The notes under the pieces were generated by a model, which saw only the letters and a program-made list of their open reading frames with translations, searched no databases and was not told the DNA's origin. From the NCBI GenBank assembly GCA_965262115.1, contig OZ253496.1, forward strand, positions 256,001 through 320,000: a stretch of 64,000 nucleotides of DNA, in the 5' to 3' direction. Shown here piece by piece: positions 30,808-41,281 of the stretch. The position numbers and the translations under genes were made by a program. The DNA comes from Nitrospinales bacterium (GTDB lineage Bacteria; Nitrospinota; Nitrospinia; Nitrospinales; VA-1). Position 1 is the first letter of the stretch. Each line of letters begins with the position of its first letter.

Positions 30808-31050
30808 CTCCTCCTCAGACAGTTCAATTTCGATTAAAGCGGTATCCACCTCAACATAATCCCCTTCCATGACATAAAATTCTTTCACTCTTCCCTTCAC
30901 TTCCGATAACAAGGTGAAATAGCCCTCAGAAATGATTTCAGCCACAGCAGTGCCTGGTGACACTTTATCCCCCTTTCGGACCAGGTATTTATCCACCTTA
31001 CCCGAAGTCATGGTGGGGTACATAGCGGCCATCATAATATAATCCTCCAT
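30796..31050 (-). CDS. Stand-alone lipoyl/biotinyl-like domain lacking the acceptor Lys
   Basis: MTSGKV...KGDKV..G..VAEIISEGY...EGDYVEV. Confidence 0.8.
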   Translation of the reverse strand: MEDYIMMAAMYPTMTSGKVDKYLVRKGDKVSPGTAVAEIISEGYFTLLSEVKGRVKEFYVMEGDYVEVDTALIEIELSEEELKG

Positions 31051-31155
31051 TAAACTTCCTCCAACTCAAAGATATTTGTAAAGGCTGAATTAAAAATAAT
31101 TCATTATCAGGATATTAAACAGTATAATAAGTAAATTTTTAACCCAACCTAAATC

Positions 31156-31374
31156 ATGAAACTAAGAACAGGCGATAATCTGTACGAACCGCTTTCCAGA
31201 AATACCGGAGAGATCACTTCCATCATCGAGCACCCAGAGGGAAAGGTGGTCAAGGTCCGTTGGCGAATTCCGGGCGAACTACCCCATGATACGGAACTAT
31301 TCTACAAAAAGATTCAAAGAGCTGTTCGGGACGGATACTACGAACATACCCCCAAACAGGACCCAATAAAGTAA
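31156..31374 (+). CDS. Hypothetical protein
   Basis: 72-aa ORF preceded by TATAAT. Confidence 0.65.
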   Translation: MKLRTGDNLYEPLSRNTGEITSIIEHPEGKVVKVRWRIPGELPHDTELFYKKIQRAVRDGYYEHTPKQDPIK

Positions 31375-31377
31375 TTC

Positions 31378-31662
31378 TTAATGTTTATAAACGGTATGAG
31401 AGGGACGGCCTGCCAGGATGTTTTCCTTGCCCCAGTTCACCACACCTTTAAATTTGTCAGATTGTATAAATTCATTATATGCATCCTCAGAGTTCCACTC
31501 TGACACAATCAGGTATGACTGAGCATCGCTGACATCTTTGTATAAAAAAGATTTGGAATGGCCTTCCATTTCATTCATTACTTTTATGACTGCGACAAAA
31601 GCATCTTCAAAAATCTTTTCTTTACCCGGAATCATTTTATAGTTCATTCCTATTGTAACCAC
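31378..31662 (-). CDS. Antibiotic biosynthesis monooxygenase (ABM) domain protein
   Basis: PGKEKIFE, YLIVSEWNSEDAY. Confidence 0.85.
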   Translation of the reverse strand: MVTIGMNYKMIPGKEKIFEDAFVAVIKVMNEMEGHSKSFLYKDVSDAQSYLIVSEWNSEDAYNEFIQSDKFKGVVNWGKENILAGRPSHTVYKH

Positions 31663-31699
31663 TTCTTTCTCCTTTGTGAAAAACTAATAAATAAATTTA

Positions 31700-32716
31700 T
31701 CAGGCAACAAGCTCCAGATGATCTTCTGTGGTGTCTTGTTGCAAATTAATAGAATCCAATCCAAAAATATTTTTTATGACAGAAAGATTCTCTCTTTTAT
31801 GCCCCAGATAAATAGATACTCTTCTGGCAGGCACCCTGAAAGTAACCGATAATGGTACCTGTTTCAATCCCCGGATCATCTTTATCATTTGCTCCCGAGC
31901 AATAAGACTATCCACCAGATAGCGAAATGCAGGATGAAAAGGCCCAGCAATATAATTCTCTAATAAGGATTGATCGGGATGCAAACCAACCCTGATAACG
32001 GAAATACCGGCCTTTTCAAATTGGACAACAGCCTCCTTGACAGCTTCAATCATTCTTTCCAAGTTCCAGGGAGCATAGGTTCCTTGCTGGTACATTTCAA
32101 ATAATCCCGTATTTTTAATAACCAGAGTGGGATAAATTCTGACAAAATCCGGCCCGAGGCCAATGACATCCTTCACCGATTTTTGGAATTTGTGTTCATT
32201 GTCGCCGGGAAGACCGGGCATCAATTGCAAACCCAAGCGAAATCCCCTCTCCCTAATTTTGCTGACGGCAGACTGAATCACGTCAAAGGGACATTCACGT
32301 CCCACTAATTTCAGGACTTCATGATCTGTGGACTGGATTCCCAACTCCACCGTTTCAACGTGGTTTTTAGTCAACATTGATAGTCTGACATCATCAATGA
32401 ACAAAGCGTGGGTGGAAACCCGGATCGATTGGATTTCTCCCGACAAAATCCAGGGCTGAACCGAGGATAATAAATATTTCTGGCGTTCCAGAGGAATGCC
32501 GGTAAAACTGCCTCCGAAAAAAGCCAGTTCCCTTCTCTCGGGGAGTAGATTCCGGTCCAAGCCTTCTAAATGAGTACGCAGGGTTTCTCTTAGCTTATTT
32601 CTATCTGTCTTTTTTCCCGTGCCCGTTATTTTAACTTGATTACAAAACGAGCATCGGTAAGGGCAACCTTCATGCGACACAAAAACCGGAACGATCAAAT
32701 GTTTTTTCTTTTTCAT
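31700..32716 (-). CDS. Radical SAM protein (Elp3/YhcC-like)
   Basis: CPYRCSFC, FFGGSFT, VELGIQS, QLMPGLPG, RIYPT, GPFHPAF. Confidence 0.92.
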   Translation of the reverse strand: MKKKKHLIVPVFVSHEGCPYRCSFCNQVKITGTGKKTDRNKLRETLRTHLEGLDRNLLPERRELAFFGGSFTGIPLERQKYLLSSVQPWILSGEIQSIRVSTHALFIDDVRLSMLTKNHVETVELGIQSTDHEVLKLVGRECPFDVIQSAVSKIRERGFRLGLQLMPGLPGDNEHKFQKSVKDVIGLGPDFVRIYPTLVIKNTGLFEMYQQGTYAPWNLERMIEAVKEAVVQFEKAGISVIRVGLHPDQSLLENYIAGPFHPAFRYLVDSLIAREQMIKMIRGLKQVPLSVTFRVPARRVSIYLGHKRENLSVIKNIFGLDSINLQQDTTEDHLELVA

Positions 32717-32962
32717 AGGATAAGAAGCCCATAAGCGGAAGAAATCAAAGCAAACCGGACAAGTAGTAGAGAAACTGGCTAAAAGATTTCCAGATACCTA
32801 TTACTACAAGGACTAAAAAAAGCATCCCAATGCAATGCTGAAACCAAATACAATTTTCGATGTGCTGGTTTCCGGCTCAAAGCGCGGGGGCTCTTTATCC
32901 TGGGGAATAGGATCCCTTTCATAAGGTAATTTTTTATTGACCATAGCGGGCGCAATTCAAAT

Positions 32963-33436
32963 TTACAGACGACGATACATTTTTTCAAATTCAACCTTGA
33001 AAGACGCCATGGCGGAATTCATTTCATCCAGCCTTTTAATAATTATTTTTAAAAAGTGGTCCTTAAATTTATTCAGGATGGCAGGATCCAGGGTTTTTAA
33101 CAAATAGGCATCCATTTTCAGCACAACCACCCTGTTTTTGGCAATCACATTGGTGGATCTGGTTTTCCCGGGGATCAATGGAACTTCACCAAACATAGCA
33201 CCAACTTTCAAAGTATTGAGTTCAGCATCTGGCACCTCATCTTTGGTGATGGCCAAAACTCCTTTTAACAGGATAAAAATCGTGGAGTCCTTCTCTCCCT
33301 GGCGAATTATGTAATCCCCCTTTTTATGTTCTATGATATGGGTGTCCAAGTTCACCAAGGTCTTTTTCTCGCCTGCGGTAAAAGGCTTAAAAAAAGAAAT
33401 TTCTTTTATCAACTTTAAGACGTCCTGGTTTCGCAT
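32963..33436 (-). CDS. Cyclic-nucleotide-binding domain protein
   Basis: IIRQGE, MFGEV, RSTNVIA. Confidence 0.9.
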   Translation of the reverse strand: MRNQDVLKLIKEISFFKPFTAGEKKTLVNLDTHIIEHKKGDYIIRQGEKDSTIFILLKGVLAITKDEVPDAELNTLKVGAMFGEVPLIPGKTRSTNVIAKNRVVVLKMDAYLLKTLDPAILNKFKDHFLKIIIKRLDEMNSAMASFKVEFEKMYRRL

Positions 33437-33494
33437 TGTTACTTTCTCAAAAGGATGGATTAGTATCCAGGAAGAATGTTTTACCTCATAAGCT

Positions 33495-33902
33495 TCATTT
33501 TTCCTGGCACTCGCAATACCCGTCTTCAGTCCAAAGAATATTTATATAGTCAGGGAAAATCGTCTCTTTGTCAAAATTGGCCAATTCTATCTGATCGCAG
33601 GTCAAGTTGACAACTCCTTTCAAGTTCGCTCCATGTAAAAAGGAATCCATGAGTTCAGCACCTTCCAAATCGGCATCTGAAAGGTCAGCCTCGCTTAAAA
33701 CCGCCTGGGTTAAATCTGCCCCGACCAAGGTTGCTTTGCGGAGATCCGCTTTGATCAAATAAGCGGCTGTTAAATCTGCCTGGGTTAAATCTGCCTCATC
33801 GAGTTTGGCCCCCATTAACTTGGCATTACTGAGGTCTACCCCCTTCAACTTATCTTTGGAGGCCTCAATTTCCTTTTTCCTTAAAATCCAATCTTCCAGC
33901 AT
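33495..33902 (-). CDS. Pentapeptide repeat protein
   Basis: A(D/N)LxxA repeats. Confidence 0.92.
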   Translation of the reverse strand: MLEDWILRKKEIEASKDKLKGVDLSNAKLMGAKLDEADLTQADLTAAYLIKADLRKATLVGADLTQAVLSEADLSDADLEGAELMDSFLHGANLKGVVNLTCDQIELANFDKETIFPDYINILWTEDGYCECQEK

Positions 33903-33983
33903 GTTCGATAATATCCAAAGAGTAGTTAGGTTTAGGTTGCTATTTCAGTGAAAACAGTTCAAAAAAAAAGGACACCAGCTACA

Positions 33984-34703
33984 TCATTTGGAAGGATCCG
34001 AAAAACTTTCTATGGCCATTTTAGCCGCCGCCTGTTCCGCTTCCTTTTTACTTTTTCCTGAACCCTGCCCTTTAACTTTATTCTTGATCATCACCACGAC
34101 TTCAAATTCCTTTGCATGATCCGGTCCCAGTTCATTGACCACTTTGTAGGAGGGAGTGCACACCCATTTATTCTGTGTGTATTCCTGAAGTTCACTTTTA
34201 AAATCCCTGAAAGACCAGGAGTGGACTGATTTGGATATTTCCACTTCCAACAGCGGAAGAAATACTTTGGATGCAGATTCCAGTCCACCATCCCTGAACA
34301 AGGCTCCAGCAACGGCTTCAAAAGCGCCGGCCAGGATGGAAGACTTGGCTCTTCCCCCCGACAAATCTTCTCCTTTTCCAAGAAGCAGGTATTTCCCTAA
34401 TTCTAGTTTTCGGGCAAGAGCCGCTAAACAACTTTCATTGACCACCGCCGCGCGAATTTTCGACAAGGTCCCCTCGGCATAATCACTGAATTTATCCACA
34501 AGGTAATCGCTGACCAGAATATCAAGTACAGAGTCACCCAGAAACTCGAATCGCTCATTATGCTTGAGAGACTCGTTTCTTTCATTCACGTAGGATTTAT
34601 GAGTCAGGGCTTTATTGAGAAGTTTCAGGTCGGTAAATGCATACCCGAGCGTTTCCTGAAGGGGAGCAATGTCATTGGCGCGATCAGAAGGGACTTCGAT
34701 CAT
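33984..34703 (-). CDS. rnc: Ribonuclease III
   Basis: NERFEFLGDSVL, dsRBD GKSKKEAEQAAA. Confidence 0.97.
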   Translation of the reverse strand: MIEVPSDRANDIAPLQETLGYAFTDLKLLNKALTHKSYVNERNESLKHNERFEFLGDSVLDILVSDYLVDKFSDYAEGTLSKIRAAVVNESCLAALARKLELGKYLLLGKGEDLSGGRAKSSILAGAFEAVAGALFRDGGLESASKVFLPLLEVEISKSVHSWSFRDFKSELQEYTQNKWVCTPSYKVVNELGPDHAKEFEVVVMIKNKVKGQGSGKSKKEAEQAAAKMAIESFSDPSK

Positions 34704-34711
34704 AGCGGAAA

Positions 34712-35953
34712 TTAATTTAAAAATTTCTTAAACACAAGGACCCCGTTAGTACCACCAAAACCAAACGAATTGGAAATGCAAACGCTCAATTTTATTTCAC
34801 GGGCATCATTAGGCACATAATCCAAATCACAGTCCGGATCAGGAGTGGTGTAATTAATAGTCGGCGGGATCACCCCTTTTTGCATAGCCAGAAGAGTGAA
34901 AATTGCTTCGACTCCTCCTGCGGCCCCCAGCAAATGACCGGTCATGGATTTGGTAGAACTGACAGCCAGCTTGTAAGCATGACCGCCAAACGTGGTTTTG
35001 ATAGCCTGTGTTTCCGTTGCATCAGCGCCGGTGGAGGTCCCATGCGCATTGATATAGTCCACATCCTCTTTGTTGATGCCTGCGTTGTTGAGAGCGAGTT
35101 TCAAGCAACGTGCGGCCCCCTCCCCACTGGGAGCAGTCGCCGTAATGTGGTAGGCATCGCCATTGAGACCATAGCCAATAACTTCACCATAAATTCTGGC
35201 GCCGCGTTTTTTGGCGATCTCTAGCTCTTCAAGCATAAGGACTCCGCACCCTTCACCAATGACAAAACCATCCCGATCCTTATCAAAGGGTCGGCTGGCA
35301 CCCTGAGGATCATCATTGCGATGTGATAAGGCCTTTGAGGCGTTAAAGCCAGCAATACAAAGCGGGGTGATGACCGATTCGGTGCCTCCGGCAAACATGA
35401 CATCGGCATCGCCATACTGAATAAGCCTGGCAGCTTCCCCAATAGAATGCGTTCCTGTGGCGCAAGCCGTGACCACACAGGAGTTCGGCCCCTTGGCACC
35501 CGTCATGATAGAAACCTGCCCGGACGCCAGATTAGCAATCAACATGGGAATAAAAAAAGGAGTGATTTTTTTCACTCCCCGTTCCCTTACAATATCGTGA
35601 TATCTTTCAATGGCAGGCAAACCACCCAGGCCAACCCCGACTATAACGCCGACCCGTTCTGCATTCCGGTCATTAATTTCGATCCCCGAATCATCCAACG
35701 CCATTTTACTACAGGCCACGGCATAGTGGATAAACCGGTCCATCTTCTTTACATCTTTGTGGTCTATATACTGTTCTGGATCAAATCCCCTGACTTCTCC
35801 GGCGATTTTGACAGGAAAGTTTTCTTCAGGAGTGAAGGTTTTAATAAAATCCACTCCTGAACGGCCCGCAAACAAAGCCGTTCCGTTTTCATTCACCCCA
35901 ACACCCAAAGGTGAAACGATCCCCAATCCAGTAACAACAACGCGTCTTTTCAT
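34712..35953 (-). CDS. fabF: Beta-ketoacyl-ACP synthase II
   Basis: TACATG, INAHGTST, KSMTGHLLGAAG, NSFGFGG. Confidence 0.97.
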   Translation of the reverse strand: MKRRVVVTGLGIVSPLGVGVNENGTALFAGRSGVDFIKTFTPEENFPVKIAGEVRGFDPEQYIDHKDVKKMDRFIHYAVACSKMALDDSGIEINDRNAERVGVIVGVGLGGLPAIERYHDIVRERGVKKITPFFIPMLIANLASGQVSIMTGAKGPNSCVVTACATGTHSIGEAARLIQYGDADVMFAGGTESVITPLCIAGFNASKALSHRNDDPQGASRPFDKDRDGFVIGEGCGVLMLEELEIAKKRGARIYGEVIGYGLNGDAYHITATAPSGEGAARCLKLALNNAGINKEDVDYINAHGTSTGADATETQAIKTTFGGHAYKLAVSSTKSMTGHLLGAAGGVEAIFTLLAMQKGVIPPTINYTTPDPDCDLDYVPNDAREIKLSVCISNSFGFGGTNGVLVFKKFLN

Positions 35954-35982
35954 GCATGCACCCTGGGGATTATGATGACCAA

Positions 35983-36216
35983 TCAGTTGGTTCGGCTTGT
36001 TATATAATTTGTAGCATCCTGAACCGTGGCTATTTTTTCAGCCTCCTCATCGGGAATTTCAATATCAAATTCCTCCTCAAGAGCCATCACCAATTCCACC
36101 GTATCGAGAGAATCGGCCCCCAGGTCATCAATAAAAGACGCTTCTGCAGTCATCTGTTTTTCATCAACGCCTAACTGATCAACAATAATTTCTTTAACTT
36201 TTTCTTCAACTGACAT
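35983..36216 (-). CDS. acpP: Acyl carrier protein
   Basis: [14 protein letters not shown]. Confidence 0.98.
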   Translation of the reverse strand: MSVEEKVKEIIVDQLGVDEKQMTAEASFIDDLGADSLDTVELVMALEEEFDIEIPDEEAEKIATVQDATNYITSRTN

Positions 36217-36241
36217 AATTTTTAAAACTCCTTGTTTGGAA

Positions 36242-36982
36242 TCACATCAACATACCACCGTTTAAATTAATGACCTGTCCTGTAATATAACTGGACTTAT
36301 CGGAAACTAAAAAAGCAACACAGCGCGCTACATCTTCAGGCAGCCCCAGTCTGGCAAGGGGTATCTGCTCAATCAATTTTTGCCGTACCGTTTCATCCAA
36401 AACCCGTGTCATTTCTGTATCAATAAAACCGGGTGCCACTGCATTCACTCTGATCCCTCTGGATGCTACTTCCCGGGCCAGAGTTTTTGTCAAACCAATC
36501 ACCCCGGCCTTGGATGCCGAGTAATTGGCCTGGCCAAAATTACCCATCACCCCAACGATTGAAGCGATATTAACAATCGCCCCACTTTTTTGTTTCATCA
36601 TCTGCTTTGCTGCCTGTTGGCTACAAAGAAAACTTCCCTTAAGGTTAATATCCAGAACCAGATTCCAATCACTTTCTTTCATCCGAATCATCAAACAGTC
36701 GCGAGTGATTCCCGCGTTATTGACCACGATATCCACCGGCTTTTTATCCTTCAGGATGAAATCAAAAACCTGTTTTACCTCAGCAGCGTTTGAGACATCA
36801 ATTTTAACGGCGGAAGCCGACCCGCCGTTATTATTTATAGCTTCTGCCGTAGCCTGGGCTCCTTCCAGGTTCACGTCTCCCAGCACTACATGAGCTCCTG
36901 CCCGGGTCAGTTCCTCACCGATGGTTCTACCAATTCCCTGAGCCCCCCCAGTGACCAAAGCCACTTTATCTTTCAGTTCCAT
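36242..36982 (-). CDS. fabG: 3-oxoacyl-ACP reductase
   Basis: [23 protein letters not shown]. Confidence 0.97.
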   Translation of the reverse strand: MELKDKVALVTGGAQGIGRTIGEELTRAGAHVVLGDVNLEGAQATAEAINNNGGSASAVKIDVSNAAEVKQVFDFILKDKKPVDIVVNNAGITRDCLMIRMKESDWNLVLDINLKGSFLCSQQAAKQMMKQKSGAIVNIASIVGVMGNFGQANYSASKAGVIGLTKTLAREVASRGIRVNAVAPGFIDTEMTRVLDETVRQKLIEQIPLARLGLPEDVARCVAFLVSDKSSYITGQVINLNGGMLM

Positions 36983-37006
36983 TAAAATCCTGTTCGAACG
37001 ATTAAG

Positions 37007-37948
37007 TCAATTTGCGTTTAAAGCGGCCAGAGTTTGCGACAAACTTTTGCGGTCTTCAACCTGATAGCAATTGATGTTTCTGTTAAATCTTTTTATCAGG
37101 CCGGATAAAACTTTTCCCGATCCCAACTCAATGACTGTATCAATACCATGATCCATCAGCACCTGCATCGTCTCCGACCAACGCACAGGAGAACAAACCT
37201 GTTTAACAAGGGCGGATCTGGCTTCGCTTCCTTTAGTGATGGGTTTTGCCTCGATGTTGGTGATTATAGGAAAGGACAGGTCGTGAAACTCGGTATGCTC
37301 TAATTCTTTTTGAAGCTTGATCTCAGCCGGTTTCATAAGGGCACTGTGAAACGGAGCACTTACCGGCAAGGGTACGGCTTTTTTTGCGCCTGCCTGCAAC
37401 GCCTTTTCGGAAGCCTGTAAAACGGCCTCCTTATGACCTGCAATGACCGTCTGTACAGGACTGTTTAAGTTAGCCGGCTGAACGATACAGGACTCTTCAG
37501 AAACCTGGTCGCACAATTTCTGAAGCGTATCAATCGGCAATCCTATAATGGCGGCCATTGTCCCCACTCCAATCGGAACCGCTTCCTGCATGAACTGGCC
37601 CCGCAATCGGACCAACCTTACCGCATCCTTAAATTGAAGAGCCCCTGCAGAAACCAAGGCCGAAAATTCACCCAGGCTATGGCCTGCCGCAATTACCGAA
37701 TCTATACCATTTTCCCTTAATATTTTCAAGGCCATTGTACTATGCGCCAGCAGTGCGGGCTGGGTATTTTCTGTCAACCTCAAAGTTTCTTCAGGGCCAT
37801 TAAAACAAATATTTGCAAGATCATATCCCAAAACCTCATTGGCTTCCTCCAACAATTCGTGAGCCGAGAGGACATGGTCATAAAAGTCTTTGCCCATGCC
37901 CACAAACTGGGAACCTTGGCCGGGAAAAACAAAAGCAATCTTTACCAT
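37007..37948 (-). CDS. fabD: Malonyl-CoA:ACP transacylase
   Basis: FPGQGSQ, GHSLGE, SAPFHS. Confidence 0.97.
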   Translation of the reverse strand: MVKIAFVFPGQGSQFVGMGKDFYDHVLSAHELLEEANEVLGYDLANICFNGPEETLRLTENTQPALLAHSTMALKILRENGIDSVIAAGHSLGEFSALVSAGALQFKDAVRLVRLRGQFMQEAVPIGVGTMAAIIGLPIDTLQKLCDQVSEESCIVQPANLNSPVQTVIAGHKEAVLQASEKALQAGAKKAVPLPVSAPFHSALMKPAEIKLQKELEHTEFHDLSFPIITNIEAKPITKGSEARSALVKQVCSPVRWSETMQVLMDHGIDTVIELGSGKVLSGLIKRFNRNINCYQVEDRKSLSQTLAALNAN

Positions 37949-38943
37949 TTGATCACCGCCGATCCCCAGGTCAGGCCCGCCCCAACTACCCCTAGCACAG
38001 AGGTGTCACCGGGTTGAATACGTCCACTCCGTTTCGCTTCATCAATCCCGATCGGGATGGAAGCTCCAGAGGTATTGCCATATTTGTGGATGTTCATGAA
38101 TACTTTTTCCATGGGATAGTTCAACCTTTCAGCAACCGCGCTGATAATCCTTTGGTTGGCTTGATGCGGAACCATAAGCCCCACCTCCTCCATACTCAAA
38201 CCATTAAACTCCAAAGCTTCACGAATCACATCCGTCATTCTTTTAACAGCGACCTTAAATGTCGCATTGCCGGACATTTTGATGAAATATTTTTTGTCAT
38301 CAACATCTTGTTTATTAATCCCCGTCCTGCCAATTCCACCCGGAATGCAGATCAGATCAGACAAGCGGCCGTCCGAATAAATATGCGTGGATAAAATTCC
38401 CAGAGGCTGCTCATGCTCCACCATTTTTAGCAATAAAGCCCCTGCCCCATCACCGAAAAGAATGCAGGTGGATCTGTCCGTCCAATCGATGATTCTGGAA
38501 TTGACCTCACTACCTATAACCAGGATATTTTCGTAACGCCCATTTTTCAAATATTGCTCAGCAATGGAAAGACCGAAAACAAATCCGGAACACACTGCGG
38601 AAATATCATAAGCGGCAGACCCGAAAGCTTGAATTTCGTTTTGCACAAAGCAGGCGGTGGAAGGGAACAGTACATCCGGACTGGAAGTGCAGACAATGAT
38701 TAAATCCACATCCTCAGGACCAATCCCGCCCTCTTCCAATGCCTGCTTCCCGGCCTTAGCCGCCATCGTGGAGGCGGACTCATCGTCAGCAGCAATCCGG
38801 CGCTCGCGGATTCCTGTCCGCTCAGTGATCCACGCATCGGAAGTATCAAGGGTTTTTTCAAGATCCTGATTTGTGAGGATTTTTTCCGGCAAGTAAGCGC
38901 CAGTTCCCGCGACTACTGCCCTGAAGGTATTTTGAGAAGTCAT
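37942..38943 (-). CDS. fabH: Beta-ketoacyl-ACP synthase III
   Basis: AVCSGF, FGDGAGA, PHQANQRI, YGNTS. Confidence 0.97.
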   Translation of the reverse strand: MTSQNTFRAVVAGTGAYLPEKILTNQDLEKTLDTSDAWITERTGIRERRIAADDESASTMAAKAGKQALEEGGIGPEDVDLIIVCTSSPDVLFPSTACFVQNEIQAFGSAAYDISAVCSGFVFGLSIAEQYLKNGRYENILVIGSEVNSRIIDWTDRSTCILFGDGAGALLLKMVEHEQPLGILSTHIYSDGRLSDLICIPGGIGRTGINKQDVDDKKYFIKMSGNATFKVAVKRMTDVIREALEFNGLSMEEVGLMVPHQANQRIISAVAERLNYPMEKVFMNIHKYGNTSGASIPIGIDEAKRSGRIQPGDTSVLGVVGAGLTWGSAVIKW

Positions 38944-38958
38944 TAAAATATGAAGTTA

Positions 38959-40080
38959 TCAGGTTTCGTCAGAACTTTTATTGGCTGGTTTATCGGGTTC
39001 TTCCTTATTGGCTTCTGCAGACTCTGCACCAAACGCCATATCTTTGATCTGTTTCCAAATTGTCCCTTTTGATGCTTCCATATCGGCCAGGTTAGATTCA
39101 ATGCCTTGTCGAATATGTGTATTGATGTTTTTCTCACTCAATTCACGAGCCCGGTTGATCGCATTTTTTATCGCTTTCGGCGAAGAACTTCCATGCGCGA
39201 TGATAACGACTCCGTTCACCCCCAATAGAGGGGCTCCGCCGGTCTCTGAATAGTCGACCTTTTTCTTGAATTGGTCCAACTGCGACTTTAAAAACAAATA
39301 GCCCAGTTTGCTAAGCCAACTGCTTTGAAACATGCGCTTGAGGTTGGTTCCAATCATTTCTGCCAGGCTCTCACTTATTTTGAGCGCCACATTGCCGGTG
39401 AAGCCATCACAAACAATCACATCCGCATTACCCCGATAGACTTCCTTGCCTTCAATATTGCCAATAAAATTGATATGGCTGGCTTTGAGCATTTGAAAGG
39501 CCTCCTTGACGATCTCATTTCCCTTTCCATCTTCTTCGCCAATACTGAGCAAACCTACCCGGGGATTTTCCTTGCCGAGAATATATTCCGCAAAAACATG
39601 GCCCATAATACCAAACTGAAACAACTGGCTGGTTTTGCAATCGACATTTGCGCCGGCATCCAGAAGAATGGCATTGCCCTTTAAAGTCGGTAATTGAATG
39701 GCAATGGCAGGCCGGTCAACACCGTTTAGTGGCCGTAATATTACCGTCGAATAAGCCAGAACTGCGCCGGTATTTCCGGCACTCAGAAAAGCCGATGCTG
39801 TCCCCTCTTTAACCAGGTCCAAACCAATTTTCATGGAGGACTTGCGTTTGGAGCGCAGGACTTTCCCGGGACTGTCGTGCATTTCCACCACCTCATCGGC
39901 GTGGACAATCTGAATAGGAAGGTTATGATCGGGATCGAGCCGGTCTAAGACCGCCTGAATCGGTTCGGACAAACCGGTGAGAATGATTTCCGTTTTATAT
40001 TCCCTCGCCGCCATGACCGCGCCTTCTACAGCAGCTTCCGGAGCATGATCGCCCCCCATGGCGTCAACCACGATTTTCAT
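38959..40080 (-). CDS. plsX: Phosphate acyltransferase
   Basis: MKIVVDAMGGD, SAGNTGA, DGFTGNV. The ORF-track N-terminal extension reads through a repeat and is excluded. Confidence 0.96.
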   Translation of the reverse strand: MKIVVDAMGGDHAPEAAVEGAVMAAREYKTEIILTGLSEPIQAVLDRLDPDHNLPIQIVHADEVVEMHDSPGKVLRSKRKSSMKIGLDLVKEGTASAFLSAGNTGAVLAYSTVILRPLNGVDRPAIAIQLPTLKGNAILLDAGANVDCKTSQLFQFGIMGHVFAEYILGKENPRVGLLSIGEEDGKGNEIVKEAFQMLKASHINFIGNIEGKEVYRGNADVIVCDGFTGNVALKISESLAEMIGTNLKRMFQSSWLSKLGYLFLKSQLDQFKKKVDYSETGGAPLLGVNGVVIIAHGSSSPKAIKNAINRARELSEKNINTHIRQGIESNLADMEASKGTIWKQIKDMAFGAESAEANKEEPDKPANKSSDET

Positions 40081-40099
40081 TTCCGGGTCTGGCTCCTTT

Positions 40100-40198
40100 C
40101 CACTAGCCGTGGGGGCAAATAGCAATGGCTCGTTGAGCCGAGATAACTCTTTGCCAGCCCAAAAAAGTTGTTGCACTTTGTCACCGGCGGCCCGCCGG
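40100..40198 (+). repeat. Mosaic intergenic repeat (CCAC-N5-GTGG + ~60-bp element + GC hairpin)
   Basis: GCAAATAGCAATGGCTCGTTGAGCCGAGATAACTCTTTGCCAGCC... Confidence 0.85.
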
Positions 40199-40256
40199 CC
40201 AAAGAGCGTTGGGGATTATCGAGAGGAATACGAGTAGCTAAACAGTGACGGAGGTA

Positions 40257-40439
40257 CTAAACCGCTTCGACTTCCATCACTTCTTTGCCTTTGTAATAGC
40301 CGCAATGTGCACAGATATGGTGTGGGCGGACCATCTCATGGCACTGAGGGCACTCAACATAGGAAGGAACGCTTAAGCTATCGTGAGACCGACGCATTCC
40401 TTGTTTGGATTTAGATGTTTTCTTCTTTGGGACAGCCAT
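40257..40439 (-). CDS. rpmF: 50S ribosomal protein L32
   Basis: [11 protein letters not shown], CxxC...CxxC. Confidence 0.97.
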   Translation of the reverse strand: MAVPKKKTSKSKQGMRRSHDSLSVPSYVECPQCHEMVRPHHICAHCGYYKGKEVMEVEAV

Positions 40440-40448
40440 AATATCTCC

Positions 40449-40973
40449 CTATTTCAACTTGTCTTTTAATTGTTCTAAAACTGCCAGTCGTGGATCGCAA
40501 GACTCTTCATTTTTGCAACCACATTTACTCTCATTCAGGTTTGTCCCGCACTGGGGGCATAAGCCTGCACAATTTTCCCGGCACAATATGACTTGCGGCA
40601 GGCTCAATAATATTAAATCTCGAACTGGAGGGGACAGGTCAATACGGCCCTCTTCATAATAATCTTGTTCCACATCCAGACCCGTCAACTCAATTTCACC
40701 GGCCAGTTGCTCATTTCCAACCCCAGGGATGAAGTGAACACTGAGCTTGGCTTTCACCGCAAAACTAAAATCACCCAAACATCGGGTACAGGTGACAGAG
40801 AGTCCCGTCTGCAAACTACCCTGGCAGAGAACTTCCTGACCGGATTTTTCTAGCTTCCCCTGAACTTTAACATCCTCCGTTAAAACACAGTCGTCTATAT
40901 TGAAGTGCTCTTTAGGCTCAAGCACATCAAAATTCAGACCCTCTTCGTAAATTTCCTCAATATCAAAAATCAT
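40449..40973 (-). CDS. yceD: DUF177/YceD protein
   Basis: CTRCL, LCRENCAGLCPQCG, DPRLAVL; upstream of rpmF. Confidence 0.93.
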   Translation of the reverse strand: MIFDIEEIYEEGLNFDVLEPKEHFNIDDCVLTEDVKVQGKLEKSGQEVLCQGSLQTGLSVTCTRCLGDFSFAVKAKLSVHFIPGVGNEQLAGEIELTGLDVEQDYYEEGRIDLSPPVRDLILLSLPQVILCRENCAGLCPQCGTNLNESKCGCKNEESCDPRLAVLEQLKDKLK

Positions 40974-41088
40974 GGCTTGAAAAAACCCTTGAATTCAAAC
41001 CCTTTGCATTTCCGGAAGCTCAATTCAGAAGGAGGGATATGGAGGGAGAATGTTATCTTTTATAGCAATTTCAGTCAAGAAAATAATT

Positions 41089-41175
41089 CCCACTCGGCGT
41101 GGGGCCAGTGAGAACCGGCGAGCCGCCGGTGGCAGATAGCCATGGCTCATTTGGCTAGCAAAGAGTTATCTCGTG
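41089..41175 (-). repeat. Mosaic intergenic repeat copy
   Basis: CCCACTCGGCGTGGGGCCAG, GC hairpin, and reverse complement of CGAGATAACTCTTTGCTAGCC. Confidence 0.85.
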
Positions 41176-41281
41176 ACAGGCTGAGTGAAGTTTGAAGGAC
41201 CACTATTTAAAAGAGAGGGGCTCATATAGACCCCGCAAGCGGGGATTGCCGGTTGCTAGTTCGCCCCACGCGGAGTGGCGG

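Noticed and set aside
40081..40176. N-terminal extension of PlsX (likewise 53640-53690 and 57300-57341)
   Set aside because: These extensions read through the intergenic repeat, and canonical ATG starts lie downstream.
41200..41280. tRNA or other RNA gene downstream of xerD
   Set aside because: GC hairpins are present but there is no cloverleaf or TTCRA T-loop.
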